From the NCBI GenBank assembly GCA_002269645.1, contig NIVC01000305.1, forward strand, positions 434,001-498,000: a DNA stretch of 64,000 nt, in the 5' to 3' direction. Positions 1 through 11,369 of the stretch are shown in pieces. Every line of letters begins with the position of its first letter. Within the stretch, counting starts at the first letter, position 1. The position numbers and the translations under genes are program-made. The DNA comes from Macrostomum lignano. Taxonomy: Eukaryota. The notes under the pieces were generated by a model. It had not been told where the DNA came from and did no database searches. It was given only the letters and a program-made list of their open reading frames with translations.

Positions 1-299
1 AACCGAGCTGCCATTGTTGATAAGGGAGGCTGTTCTACATGACCAGGGGGCACATTACAAGTTAGGTAGTTAGATTCCAAGATAAAATTAACATTTTACA
101 CTTTCTACTTTTTAAAAGTAGACTTTAGAACAGGGTTCGGCAAACTCCGGCTCGAGGACCGCATGCAGCCTGCGAAGCATCCGGCCCTCGGGTCCTTTGA
201 AACTTGACAAGCAATTCGGTCCCGCTCAAGGTTTGTGTCGCTTTGCAGCTCTCCTCTAATAATCTCTTCTCTGTAATAAATCTCTTATCTGTAACAAAT

Positions 300-700
300 C
301 TCTTCTCTATTAAGTCTCCTCTCTAATAATCTTTTCTCTTCCTTCTCTCCTCTTCTCTTTTTTCTCTTCTCTTCACTTCTTTCACTTCTCTTCCCCTCTC
401 GCTTTTCTCCTCTCTCTGCTCTCTCTTCTCTCGTCGCTACTCTCCTCTCTCGTCTCTACTCTCTTCTCTCTCCTCTCTCGTCTCTACTCTCTTCTCTCCT
501 CTCTCCTCTCTCGTCTCTCGTCTCTACTCTCCTCTCTCGTCTCTACTCTCTTCTCTCTCCTCTCTCGTCTCTACTCTCTTCTCTCCTCTCTCCTCTCTCG
601 TCTCTACTCTCTTCTCTCCTCTCTCGTCTCTCGTCTCTACTCTCTACTATCTTGCCTCCTCTTTTCCTCTGACTCTCTTCCCTATCCCCTCCTCTATCTG
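300..700. repeat. CT-rich low-complexity/microsatellite tract
   Basis: Runs of ctct, ctctcgt and ctctact. Confidence 0.9.
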
Positions 701-844
701 GCAGTCATGCACTATGACTAAATTCTCTACCCTAGAAAAAAAACAAGCCAAACTTGCTAAGTACTTGGTAAGTCAACAATGCAACCTCGTGGCAAGTACC
801 GCCTAAGTACTTTCTAAGTTTTCCAAGTACACTCAATAAGTATT

Positions 845-1325
845 TTCCAAGTATGCAATGTTTTCTCCAGTCACTTCTCAAATACTTTCCAAGTATGCAA
901 TGTTTTCTCCAGTCACTTCTCAAATACTTTCCAAGTATGCAATGTTTTCTCCAGTCACTTTTCAAATACTTTCCAAGTATGCAATGTTTTCTCCAGTCAC
1001 TTCTCAAGTACTTTCCAAGTATGCAATGTTTTCTCCAGTCACTTCTCAAGTACTTTCCAAGTATGCAATGTTTTCTCCAGTCACTTCTCAAGTACTTTCC
1101 AAGTATGCAATGTTTTCTCCAGTCACTTCTCAAATACTTTCCAAGTATGCAATGTTTTCTCCAGTCACTTTTCAAATACTTTCCAAGTATGCAATGTTTT
1201 CTCCAGTCACTTCTCAAGTACTTTCCAAGTATGCAATGTTTTCTCCAGTCACTTCTCAAGTACTTTCCAAGTATGCAATGTTTTCTCCAGTCACTTCTCA
1301 AGTACCTTCCAAGTATGCAATGTTC
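845..1325. repeat. 42-bp minisatellite, about 11.5 copies
   Basis: Unit TTCCAAGTATGCAATGTTTTCTCCAGTCACTTCTCAAATACT. Explains the repetitive ORFs at 732-1361. Confidence 0.95.
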
Positions 1326-3464
1326 ACAAGAGCTATAAATACTTATCACATTTCAAAGTGATTTAGGTGACTTAAAAATGTTGATACTCATACCATGGAC
1401 TTGCAAAAGTTACAAAGAACAAAAAATAATTCCATCATACAGAATTTCACTTGTTAAAGAAAAATTCAACAAGCAATTAGGAGCTTCAAAATAATTGTAA
1501 AGTGTACTGTTATATTGTATTCAAAGTATTGATGCACATAAAAGTTGCAACTTAACAAACTATTCAGATGATCACAGGCAGAAAAATGCAAGACAAAGAA
1601 AAAGCAGCATAAAAAATAAATAGCTTAGTCAGGTGCCAATTTTTTTGAACAAAATTAGTAAAAAATAGACAATTATACAGCTAACAAATCTTCATTGTGT
1701 TCAGCAGGTTTTTTAAATGTAGATGATGACATTTGTAGATGGTAGCATAAATGGAGATTTAAGTGAATATGAATAATTATATTTCACAAAAAAATTAAAC
1801 CATGTAAATTTTACCCAGGTAATAGTTCTTAATCTAAAGAAATGCTAAGTAAATGCACTTTATAATATAATTACTATTTTGAGACTAATAGCAATCTTTT
1901 TTGAATGTAATCAATAAGTCTTTAAATATTTTTATAGAGATATTATAAAATGTAGAAAATATTGAAATCTAAATATATTCCAAACAAAAATATTACTTTG
2001 CTTTTAAACAAAAATTTAATTTAGGCCTTGTCCTTAATAGACCAATAATACAACATAGTTCATAAATATACTTATTTTTTATTATAAATTGCTTAATTTT
2101 CTGTCTTAAAATCAAAAATCATCAAATATACTAAAAGTAAAAATATTCTATAAACTAAAAATAAAATTTTAAGTCTAAATACTTCTAGGCTTATAATTAA
2201 AAACTAACTAGGCTTATATTATATTTATAATAAGCTAAAGACAATTTATTAGAATGATTATAATTACAATAGGGCCTAATCAACAGATATCCTAAGACTT
2301 AATAAAACAATATTATTACTACTAATCTATTATCAATAATAAAAGTCAAAAATTTGCAATCAAAATTAATAACATAGCCTGGATAATTCTATTCCAGCTG
2401 TCTAAAAGTAAAAAAACAAAGTATTTTTACTCTGAAGCATTTTTTGCACAGTTTTTACAATGACATTAAATCTGAAACCGAAGATTAAAAGCAGAAGCTA
2501 AAAGGCAAAACTGTAAACAAGGTCAAGGTTAGATAAGGGAGGCCAGATGATTTTTCCTATATATATACTAACCATTATGCAGATCAAGACAACTCACATT
2601 CTTAATTCACAACTCACAAAAGTCAGTTTTAAAATTTTATCTATATTTATATTCTGAGTCAGTATCAGTATTATACTAAGCCATTATGACTATAATATTA
2701 GCCCCCTAAAAAACTTCTAGATCTAGTTAAAGAAGCCAAGAAGGCAGGCCTATGCCTATAGGGCATAGTGGGTAGGCTGGCCTACTGGGCCATATAAAAT
2801 GTCAATTACAATAACTATAGTCAGCCAATTGTTGAGCGACAAGGTATATCAACTACTATATGAAATAAAATCGGCAACAAATAATTGCTATAAGGCCTAT
2901 CTAACTAAAGCCTAATTTTAAAATAAAGATAAAAGGACAATTTTACACAAACATATGCGAAAGCGAAAATTAGAATTTTCGTTTTAAATTTTGACAGTTT
3001 AAACAAATTAGATAATAATCATTTGCCCAAAACAATATAAGATGTAATATTTATTTCATTTGTTAATGAAACAAACACTCAAGAATCAGTAAATACTGAT
3101 ATTTTAGCAGAACTTCCTAAAATTTTTATCATAGTAGATTAGTATAAGAATTAAAGTCTTGCAATGTGCAATTGTGTAATGTATTTATAGAGTCTTTTCA
3201 TGTAAATTATGCAATCCAAAAGAATGTTTGCCTTTTACGGAAAACTAGCTTTGATGATGCAGCTAGCCAAGCTCATAAATCTTCCCAAAGAAAAATACAG
3301 ACACCTTCAGGATGTATTGCTGTAGCTGTATTCAGCTGTATTCAGGAATACAAAAATTCCGAGGAATAGCCATATAATCATTTTTGTGAGCGGGAGCGAT
3401 GTCAGCTAAGTAAAAGCTGTTATCCTGCTAGTAAAAAAGGTGTAAATGTACGGATTTTGCAAAC

Positions 3465-4050
3465 TTGGAAAGTCAACCAAGTAGTAGGCTCTACTTTGGA
3501 TACTTTCTAAGTACTTGGATGTAGACATCGGAAGTGTACTTTACCAACTTGGAAAGTCGAACCAAGTAGGCTCTACTTTGGATACTTTCTAAGTACTTGG
3601 ATGTAGACATCGGAAGTGTACTTTGCCAACTTGGAAAGTCGAACCAAGTAGGCTCTACTTTGGATACTTTCTAAGTACTTGGATGTAGACATCGGAAGTG
3701 TACTTTGCCAACTTGGAAAGTCGAACCAAGTAGGCTCTACTTTGGATACTTTCTAAGTACTTGGATGTAGACATCGGAAGTGTACTTTACCAACTTGGAA
3801 AGTCGAACCAAGTAGGCTCTACTTTTGATACTTTCTAAGTACTTGGATGTAGACATCGGAAGTGTACTTTGCCAACTTGGAAAGTCGAACCAAGTAGGCT
3901 CTACTTTGGATACTTTCTAAGTACTTGGATGTAGACATCGGAAGTGTACTTTACCAACTTGGAAAGTCGAACCAAGTAGGCTCTACTTTGGATACTTTCT
4001 AAGTACTTGGATGTAGACATCGGAAGTGTACTTTGCAAACTTGGAAAGTC
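3465..4050. repeat. 82-bp minisatellite, about 7 copies
   Basis: GTAGGCTCTACTTTGGATACTTTCTAAGTACTTGG... recurs at 3484, 3566 and onward (period 82). Confidence 0.95.
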
Positions 4051-4889
4051 GATTGAAGTTGGGTAAAAACATTGCATACTTTTTAAGTACATGACAATGA
4101 TACTTTGCAAACTTGGTAAGTCAACAATGTCATCCAAGTACATGGTTGACTTGGAAAGTTTAGCATTTTTTTTCCCGGGTATCTATAGCCCTTGAGGCAA
4201 AAAAGTTTCCCAACCCCTGCTTTAGAAAATATGATTTCTTTAAAATCAGCTAAAATCGTACAAAAATTGAAATCATACCTGACTCGCGATGTGTCCGACT
4301 CCGGACGGCTAAAGTAACTCCGTTATCTGTCTAGAAAAATACACACAGGAGCAGCACTGTTAAGTAAACAGCAAATTCGACTCAGCATAAGAGTTAAATG
4401 TATTAGCAATGTCCACACCAGAAAGTCAGGTCTTACTGTCACACGCAGGTGCACACTGCTTGTAGGACGTACATGTATGCACATGTGCGAGTAGTTTGAA
4501 CAGAAATGTTTACTCGTAGCGTCCAAAGCACACAAAAGACCCAGGGAGGGAACCTAGCTGCATATCAGATATATGGATATGTATTCACCGCGACTCCATT
4601 TCTATCTACCTAATAAAGCACTGTTTAATTCTTGCAAACAAAAGCTGCCAAAGCAGTCGCCTTGTCATTCGATACAATCACGCAAATGAAATGGTTGATC
4701 ACGGTAACTACATTAAGTCTCTTGTAAACAATTTCGTCCCTATACCCGCTGCTTGGATTGGTTCGGCATGAAAGGATTTATTACCAGCTAATATTAAACG
4801 CTGGTGGACGACGCACAACAGTAGGTAAAAAGCCCTGACTATCTAGAAAGCTTATCAAAACTTCAAGACGTTAACAGCACAATATCCAA

Positions 4890-6221
4890 ATGAATACGCC
4901 CTGGCAACTACGGCCTGCCGCGCTCCTTCTGCTGACGTTTGCGTTTGGCGGAATCCAACAGGCTCAGTCGAGAGGCTTTGAAGCTGAACTGCTCAAGTAT
5001 CTGAAAAACAACATCACCGATTTCAGCCGAACACTTCGACCAAACATCAATCCCGAGAAGGTAGTTGAAGTGTCAATAATGGCGTTTCCTTTCCAAATTG
5101 TGTCAGTGAACAGCGTTAAACAAAGCATGACAATAAACATAATTTTGCAACTCAGCTGGTTCAATGAGCATCTGGTTTGGGATCCTGCGAAATTCGGACG
5201 TCTGTCTGTCATAGAATGGGAAAACCAGCAGATTTGGACTCCTCCGATTGTGATTTTTAATGGCATCGGTCAAAACCAGTTCCCCGTGCTTCGGTTCCCT
5301 TTGCACTTATTATCAACTACAAGAAACCTTTCAATAGTGGCCACCTCCTGGAGAGATGAAGTGGAATTCTCTTGCAAGCTCGACATGCGCCGTTTTCCAT
5401 TTGACCGACACAGCTGCGACCTGGAGCTGTACATAGAGGACCAAGCCCACATGTACAATTCAACAGTTCCTACAGTTAAAAATCTGTGGAACGAATCAAA
5501 AGAATTCAATGAAAAAAGTGCCTACCAAGAGAGCAGTGAGTGGAGAATGTTGAACTTGAGCACACGCGTGCACATGCGACAGTTTCAAACATTCAAAAAC
5601 TCACCGCCGATTCTTCTACGGATCTACACGATGCACATAGAGATCGAGCGGGTGTCCACTTACTATGTGTTAAATGTGGTGACTCCCCTGCTGCTGCTCA
5701 CGCTGCTCCAGGTGCTCGTCTTCTTCGTGCCAGTCGAGTCTGGAGAGAAGCTGGGCTTCGGCATCACCATCATGCTGAGCTACACGGTGTTCCTGCTGCT
5801 GCTGGACGGCCTGCTGCCCAAGTCGCAGTCGATGCCGGCTGTGGCGTCGTTCATCACGGCGGCCATGGTGCTGTCGACGTCGTCTCTGCTGCTGACGTCG
5901 GTGTCGATTCGGTTCCACTTCGCTGCGGAGTCCCAGCCGATGCCGTCGTGTCTCCGGTTCGTGTTCGTGAGCTGCCTGGGCCGCGCGCTGCTGTGCGGTG
6001 AGAGGCGAGGCGGCAGCAGGACGGCACCTGAGGAAGACGCCGACGACGCCGCGGTGAGCAAAGCGGGCCATGAAGACGAGAGGCCCGTAGAGACCTCCGG
6101 AGACCCGAGGCGCTCGGAGTGGCAGGTCGCAGCGGTCGCTGTGGAACGGCTGATGATTTTCTTGGGCTGTCCGACTGCAGGGGCCATTTTGGTTGCATTC
6201 GTCATTGTTCCTCTGCTGTGA
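4890..6221 (+). CDS. Cys-loop ligand-gated ion channel subunit, nAChR-like non-alpha (gene A), single coding exon, 443 aa
   Basis: Signal peptide; RP motif; WDP; Cys-loop CKLDMRRFPFDRHSC; SEW; TM1-TM3 with SGEKLGFGITIMLSYTVF; short intracellular loop; TM4. No vicinal CC in loop C. Confidence 0.95.
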   Translation: MNTPWQLRPAALLLLTFAFGGIQQAQSRGFEAELLKYLKNNITDFSRTLRPNINPEKVVEVSIMAFPFQIVSVNSVKQSMTINIILQLSWFNEHLVWDPAKFGRLSVIEWENQQIWTPPIVIFNGIGQNQFPVLRFPLHLLSTTRNLSIVATSWRDEVEFSCKLDMRRFPFDRHSCDLELYIEDQAHMYNSTVPTVKNLWNESKEFNEKSAYQESSEWRMLNLSTRVHMRQFQTFKNSPPILLRIYTMHIEIERVSTYYVLNVVTPLLLLTLLQVLVFFVPVESGEKLGFGITIMLSYTVFLLLLDGLLPKSQSMPAVASFITAAMVLSTSSLLLTSVSIRFHFAAESQPMPSCLRFVFVSCLGRALLCGERRGGSRTAPEEDADDAAVSKAGHEDERPVETSGDPRRSEWQVAAVAVERLMIFLGCPTAGAILVAFVIVPLL

Positions 6222-7431
6222 TCAGCTGGCACCGATATGAAATTGTTGAACAAATTATTCGCGTCAGTATAATTAAATTTTGGCTTAGGCACAATGCTTT
6301 AGTCTGACTGCCCGCGTTTCCTGCAACCCATTTTTTGGCCTCTCTGGACGGAAAGCCATGGAGCGGTGCGTGCGCGTGAAGTGTCTGGTCACAGCGCGAA
6401 TATCAACTTCTACTGAAATCAATTTCGTCAGTAGTATCTGCAGTGCATGCATCGGTCTTAGTTTGTTTGAGTAGCTTTTTTAATTCGTGAGAAGTTCTAT
6501 CATTTACTCAAAAAATAGCGTCTATGTCCCTAAGCTACTGAACTCAAAATTTAAGCAACCCATGTCGGCTTTTTTTCTCACAAGTGGCGAAAATCAGCAG
6601 TCCCACTTTTCCTGTTGCCGCCATACAAAGTGGCCTATCTAGGCAAGACATGTGGCCTAGAACACGACTGCGCGTTAGCCCTCCATAATTTTATGACTAA
6701 ACTCAGACGCTTTTAGGGAAAAAAAAGCCTCTTTGTTCTTTTTGGGTGAGCAAGCTAAGTCTAAAAAATCGATTGGAATTCTTTTAGTGTCCCTACCTGA
6801 GGACCAAAGCAAACACTGCAGAGACTTCTCTGTCTCTTGGCTCAAATTCTTTGCAAAATGTAATATTTTTCTCAGCTATAGCAGATCTATAATAAAGAAT
6901 TGATGCAATTTAGTCAACAGTCAGTATCATTTGCTTACCAAGTACATTGGTGCATTCATATACATCCATTTAGTTTAGTTAATTGATTTTTAAGCAGTTA
7001 AAACACTTGAAAGAGGTTTATTTTAATCGCAAGTGAAAAGTACTTGGATTTCTTGGATAAGCGAATTTTATAAGGAATATATCGTGTAGTTGCATGTAGG
7101 AAAGTTGTCGGGAGCAATGACTGTTCAGAGAAAATTTCGTTAAATAAAGGGATTTTCATTATCACTTTTTTGAGGTTCGTGTAACGACAGAAAGATTCGA
7201 ACACTAAGACAAGGTTATGGGGGTTAAAACAAGTGACGCGCAAAGAAATCAATAAACACGTAAAACAGATGAAAAGAAAAGTTATTCTGCATAAAAAAGG
7301 ATCTGAATTTCGCGAGATAATCCGACGATTTTCAAAATCAAAAAATTTTCATTGCTGTTACTTAACAGTAGTAAAATATCACATGCGTATCTAAAAAACA
7401 GCAAAACAAAAGTCGGGCAATCGGAAAGCAG

Positions 7432-8735
7432 TTATTCGACGAAGGGTGGAACCAGAAACGCAAACAAAATGGCGACAATCGCCACGCAGCCCACGACGGC
7501 CATCAGCCGCTCCACGGCGGTTGAAGCTGTTTTCCAGTCCGAGCGCCTCTCGCCGTCGTCACCCGCCTTTCTCACCACAGCGTCGTCGGCGTCTTCCTCA
7601 GGCGCCGTCCTGCCGCCGCCTCGCCTCTCACCGCACAGCATCACGCGGCCCAGGCAGCTCACAAACACGAACCGAAGACACGACGGCATCGGCTGAGACT
7701 CCGCAGCGAAGTGGAACCGAATCGCCACCGACGTCAGCAGCAGAGACGACGTCGACAGCACCATGGCCGCCGTGATGAACGACGCCACGGCCGGCATCGA
7801 CTGCGACTTGGGCAGCAGGCCGTCCAGCAGCAGCAGGAACACCGTATAGCTCAGCATGATGGTGATGCCGAAGCCCAGCTTCTCTCCGGACTCGACGGGA
7901 ACGAAGAAGACGAGCACCTGGAGCAGCGTGAGCAGCAGCAGGGGAGTCACCACATTCAACACATAGTAAGTGGACACCCGCTCGATCTCCAGTCGTACCA
8001 CGTAGGTCGGCAGTTTCATTTTCGGTTGTCCCTTGAAAACCGCATATTCTTTGTAGCGCACGAACGTGCTCAAGTTCAGCAGATTCCATTCGCTGTTCCT
8101 AACATAGGCCCCCACTTCATTGAATTCCACTGATGGGCCATACTGAAGGCTGCCCTTTTTTACAGCAGGTTGTCCTTTCCCCGCCCCTGGTCGTTAGCGA
8201 ACAGCTCCAAGTCGCAGGTGTGCCGATCGAACGGGAACCGACGCATGTCGAATTCGCAGGAGAACTCCCATTCACGCCTCCAGATGGCTGATACCACTGA
8301 CTTGTCTGGTGCCACGGATGTGATGAACGGCGGAAACTGTGGACTTAGCAGCTGGTTGTCTCCGATGCCATTGTACACAAATATCACAGGAAAGTAGATC
8401 TTGCCGATCTCCCAATCCATCACGGTGATGTTGCCAAACTCCTTAGGATCCCAGACCAGTCTTTCCTCATACCAAGTTGCAAACATCAGGGCAGTAATTT
8501 TAATACTCTGCTGTACGCTGTCCACCATCACAATCTGACCCATCACGGTGGACAAGTAGACGCTCATTGACTGACTGTCCAAGGCTGGTCGCAGAGTCGG
8601 GCTGTAGTCCGTGATGTTGTTTTCCAGATACTTCAGCAAAGCCGCTTCGAAATCTTGCTTAGGCATCTTGGAGTAGCAGCTGGTCAGCTGGGTTGCGATG
8701 GCAACAAAAAATAATAATTTGCTGAGTCCTAACAT
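7432..8735 (-). pseudogene. Cys-loop nAChR-like subunit (gene B) with one frameshift near 8156-8162 (pseudogene or assembly indel)
   Basis: ATG at 8735 (MLGLSKLLFF...). The ECD with CEFDMRRFPFDRHTC stops at GRGKDNLL* (8160). The continuation KKGSLQYGPSVEFNEVGAYVRNSEW...TM4 is in another frame (ORF 7432-8130). The break sits at an A6 run. Confidence 0.85.
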
Positions 8736-9376
8736 TTCGGCAAAACTATTAGTCAAAGGCTCGCGTGACGAGTGCATTAATTCCACGAGAGTGAATGTCT
8801 TTTATGCTGCATCTCGACAGTCTCAACTGTTTCTACACAGCCAATGGAAGTGCAGTTTAACAAAAGCTTTTCCCACCGAACAGGTTTGGCAAACATAAGG
8901 TTCAGTTGGGTTGAGAGGGTTGGCTGCATATCGAGTTTCTGGATTGCAAAAGCTACAATTTGGAGCGTTCTACCAGTGCGTTTTACCTTAGGCAAATTTT
9001 ACAAATGTAACTACAACTCAATGCCACTCAAACAATCACACATCGTTGCTGGGAGCTTCCAGTAAGCTTGAAGACAAGAAATTTTACACTCCAAGAGCCC
9101 ATTGCTGAGCCTAGCTGCACATGCCTCTACCACAATGAATCTCTCGAGATCTCTCTCCCATCCCGCGCCGGTAGCTTCAGTCCCAATTACTTCTGTTTTG
9201 CTAATTCAACAGCTGGAAAATCCGTTGTCATGGACGCTAGCGCAAGCTATTTATGGAAAGCAAGTGAAATTTATTATTCATGCAGCTGAGTCCACTTCTC
9301 AACAGTGAATTGGAGGGAGGACAATTTTGCATTTCTTCTGAGGCAGTAAAACACAGGTTCTCGCCGTGCGAGTCAC

Positions 9377-10094
9377 ACCCATTAGGGCCTAACAACCATT
9401 AGGGCCTAACACCCATTAGGGCCTAGCACCCATTAGGGCCTAACACCCATTAGGGCCTAGCACCCATTAGGGCCTAACACCCATTAGGGCCTAACACCCA
9501 TTAGGGCCTAACACCCATAGGGCCTAACACCCATTAGGGCCTAACACCCAATAGGGCCTAGCACCCATTAGGGCCTAACACCCATTAGGGCCTAACACCA
9601 ATTAGGGCCTAACACCCATTAGGGTCTAACACCCATTAGGGCCTAACACCCATTAGGGCCTAACACCCATTAGGGCCTAGCACCCATTAGGGCCTAACAC
9701 CCATTAGGGCCTAACACCCATTAGGGCCTAACACCCATTAGGGCCAAACACCCATTAGGGCCTAACACCCATTAGGGCCTAACACCCATTAGGGCCAAAC
9801 ACCCATTAGGGCCTAACACCCATTAGGGCCTAACACCCAATAGGGCCTAGCACCCATTAGGGCCTAACACCCATTAGGGCCAAACACCCATTAGGGCCTA
9901 ACTCCCATTAGGGCCTAACACCCATTAGGGCCAAACACCCATTAGGGCCTAACTCCCATTAGGGCCTAGCACCCATAAGGGCAGCTAACACCTATTAGGG
10001 CCTAACACCCATTAGGGCCTAACACCCATTAGGGCCAAACACCCATTAGGGCCTAACTCCCATTAGGGCCTAACACCCATTAGGGCCTAACACC
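9377..10094. repeat. 17-bp tandem satellite containing TTAGGG, about 42 copies
   Basis: Unit ACACCCATTAGGGCCTA, period 17 (9431, 9448 and onward). Confidence 0.95.
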
Positions 10095-10290
10095 CAGAGT
10101 ACATGTCTGACGATTAGAAAGTCTGTGCCGCTGTACACGAGTCTAACATAAAGGCTAACTAAGCCGCTCTAACAATAGGAAAAACTTGAAAATGTTCATT
10201 TAGTTACGTTTAAATAAAGTAAAAAGTACAATTTAACAGAAGCGTTGACTATCTGTACGACTGCAAATATTATTGCTTGTTAGTAATGTA

Positions 10291-11030
10291 CGAGGGGTGT
10301 CCCAGAAGTAGTGTCACTTTTGCTTGCTTCCATAAGTATTAATGTGTGTTTAAAAAATCATATGCCTTAAAAGTTAGCGGCTTATTTTAGCTTTCATGCC
10401 ACGAAAGTCCGATATTTATAAGTGCTTCCTGCTGTAAGCAGCATGCATTTGTTCGCATACCCTTAGCCATAGAAATACACACCGCATTGTGCTTCTATGC
10501 TCACTCAGAACAAAGCCACAAGTACAGCTGATCAAGCACAGAGGTGCAAGACAGCGGCTGCAAGATTTGTTCCAGTCATGGACCCTAACATTCACTCTAC
10601 AGAAGGGCGGAGACATGCAATTTTTACACTTTAGAGTCTTGGTCTGAAATGCCCTGAAATTCGCGAAAACTGACCCGCATTCACGGTCCCGATCCAATCA
10701 GTTAACGAACAGTTTACAGGTGGATCGAACAGTTCGAGGCTGGCTGTAGATATCAAAGGCCAACCACCTTTGGGTAAGTTGGCAAAACATACTGCCGGTC
10801 AGCCTCGAGCTGCTGTCTTACAACTCTGTGCTTGATCAGCTCTACTTGTGGCTTTCTTCTGAGTGAGCATAGAAGCACTATGCGGTGTGTATTTCTATGG
10901 CTAAGGGTATGCGAACAAATGCATGCTGCTTACAGCAGGAAGCACTTATAAATATCGGACTTTCGTGGCATGAAAGCTAAAATAAGCCGCTAACTTTTAA
11001 GGCATATGATTTTTTAACACAAATTAATAC
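10291..11030. mobile_element. Foldback/MITE-like element with about 220-bp inverted arms and a mariner-like left end
   Basis: Arms at about 10336-10559 and 10809-11030 are reverse complements with few mismatches. Left end TA-CGAGGGGTGTCCCAGAAGTAGTG resembles a similar end at 37402 (TA-CAAGGGCTGTCAAAAAGTAGTG). The matching right tip was not found. Confidence 0.7.
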
Positions 11031-11069
11031 ACCTTTTCACGTTCAATTTTGATCAATGTCCAGTTCTAA

Positions 11070-11205
11070 AAAAACTAGCGGAAATTCAATTCAGACTGAA
11101 GATGATATTGTGTATGGCTAAACCTTACTTCGGTTAGAATGTTTTGAGCTGGGGTTAGACTGGGCCCCAGTCTAAATTGTCTGAATTGAATTTCCGCTAG
11201 TTTTT
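11070..11205. mobile_element. Small MITE with perfect 27-bp TIRs
   Basis: AAAAACTAGCGGAAATTCAATTCAGAC (11070-11096) and GTCTGAATTGAATTTCCGCTAGTTTTT (11179-11205). Not seen at the paralogous position downstream of gene D. Confidence 0.7.
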
Positions 11206-11369
11206 CCGCTAGAAGCCACAACAGCACAAGATTTCCTACCGAATGAAGGTTGCGAGGGGTACAAGAGGCGAGTTAAAGACCTAGGAACAGAGTAGAGAAC
11301 GTTACCAATCTTAGTTTTTATGTCAAGTTCGATCAGCAGCAGCAACTTATTGAAAAACCTGTTGCAAAT

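Larger units (their letters stand above)
730..4179. mobile_element. Nested TA-flanked TIR element with sub-terminal minisatellite arrays (foldback-like)
   Basis: TA-CCCTAGAAAAAAAACAAGCCAAACTTGCTAAGT at 728 versus reverse complement TA-CCCGGGAAAAAAAATGCTAAACTTTCCAAGT at the 4181 end. TA on both sides. Superfamily not determined. Confidence 0.55.
131..4219. mobile_element. Non-autonomous hAT (Charlie-like) DNA transposon, about 4.1 kb
   Basis: Left end CAGGGTTCGGCAAACT (131) and reverse complement of the right end CAGGGGTTGGGAAACT (ends 4219) match at 13/16. Identical 8-bp flank CTTTAGAA at 123-130 and 4220-4227 fits the hAT TSD length and the NTNTAGAN preference of Charlie elements. No transposase ORF. 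Confidence 0.85.

Noticed and set aside
732-1361. Three repetitive ORFs of 160-205 aa on both strands
   Set aside because: They are translations of a 42-bp minisatellite (a multiple of 3), open in several frames and without flanking coding context.
5540-7775. Antisense and alternative-frame ORFs over the receptor TM regions (also at 11320-11990 and 24722-25452)
   Set aside because: Shadows of GC-rich coding sequence; they recur only because the TM block is shared.
8150-8170. Programmed ribosomal frameshift in gene B
   Set aside because: The stop codon precedes or overlaps the A-run, and the codon phase does not fit an X XXY YYZ slippery site.
9377-10094. CRISPR-like appearance of short palindromic repeats
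   Set aside because: No unique spacers, no cas genes, and a eukaryotic context.
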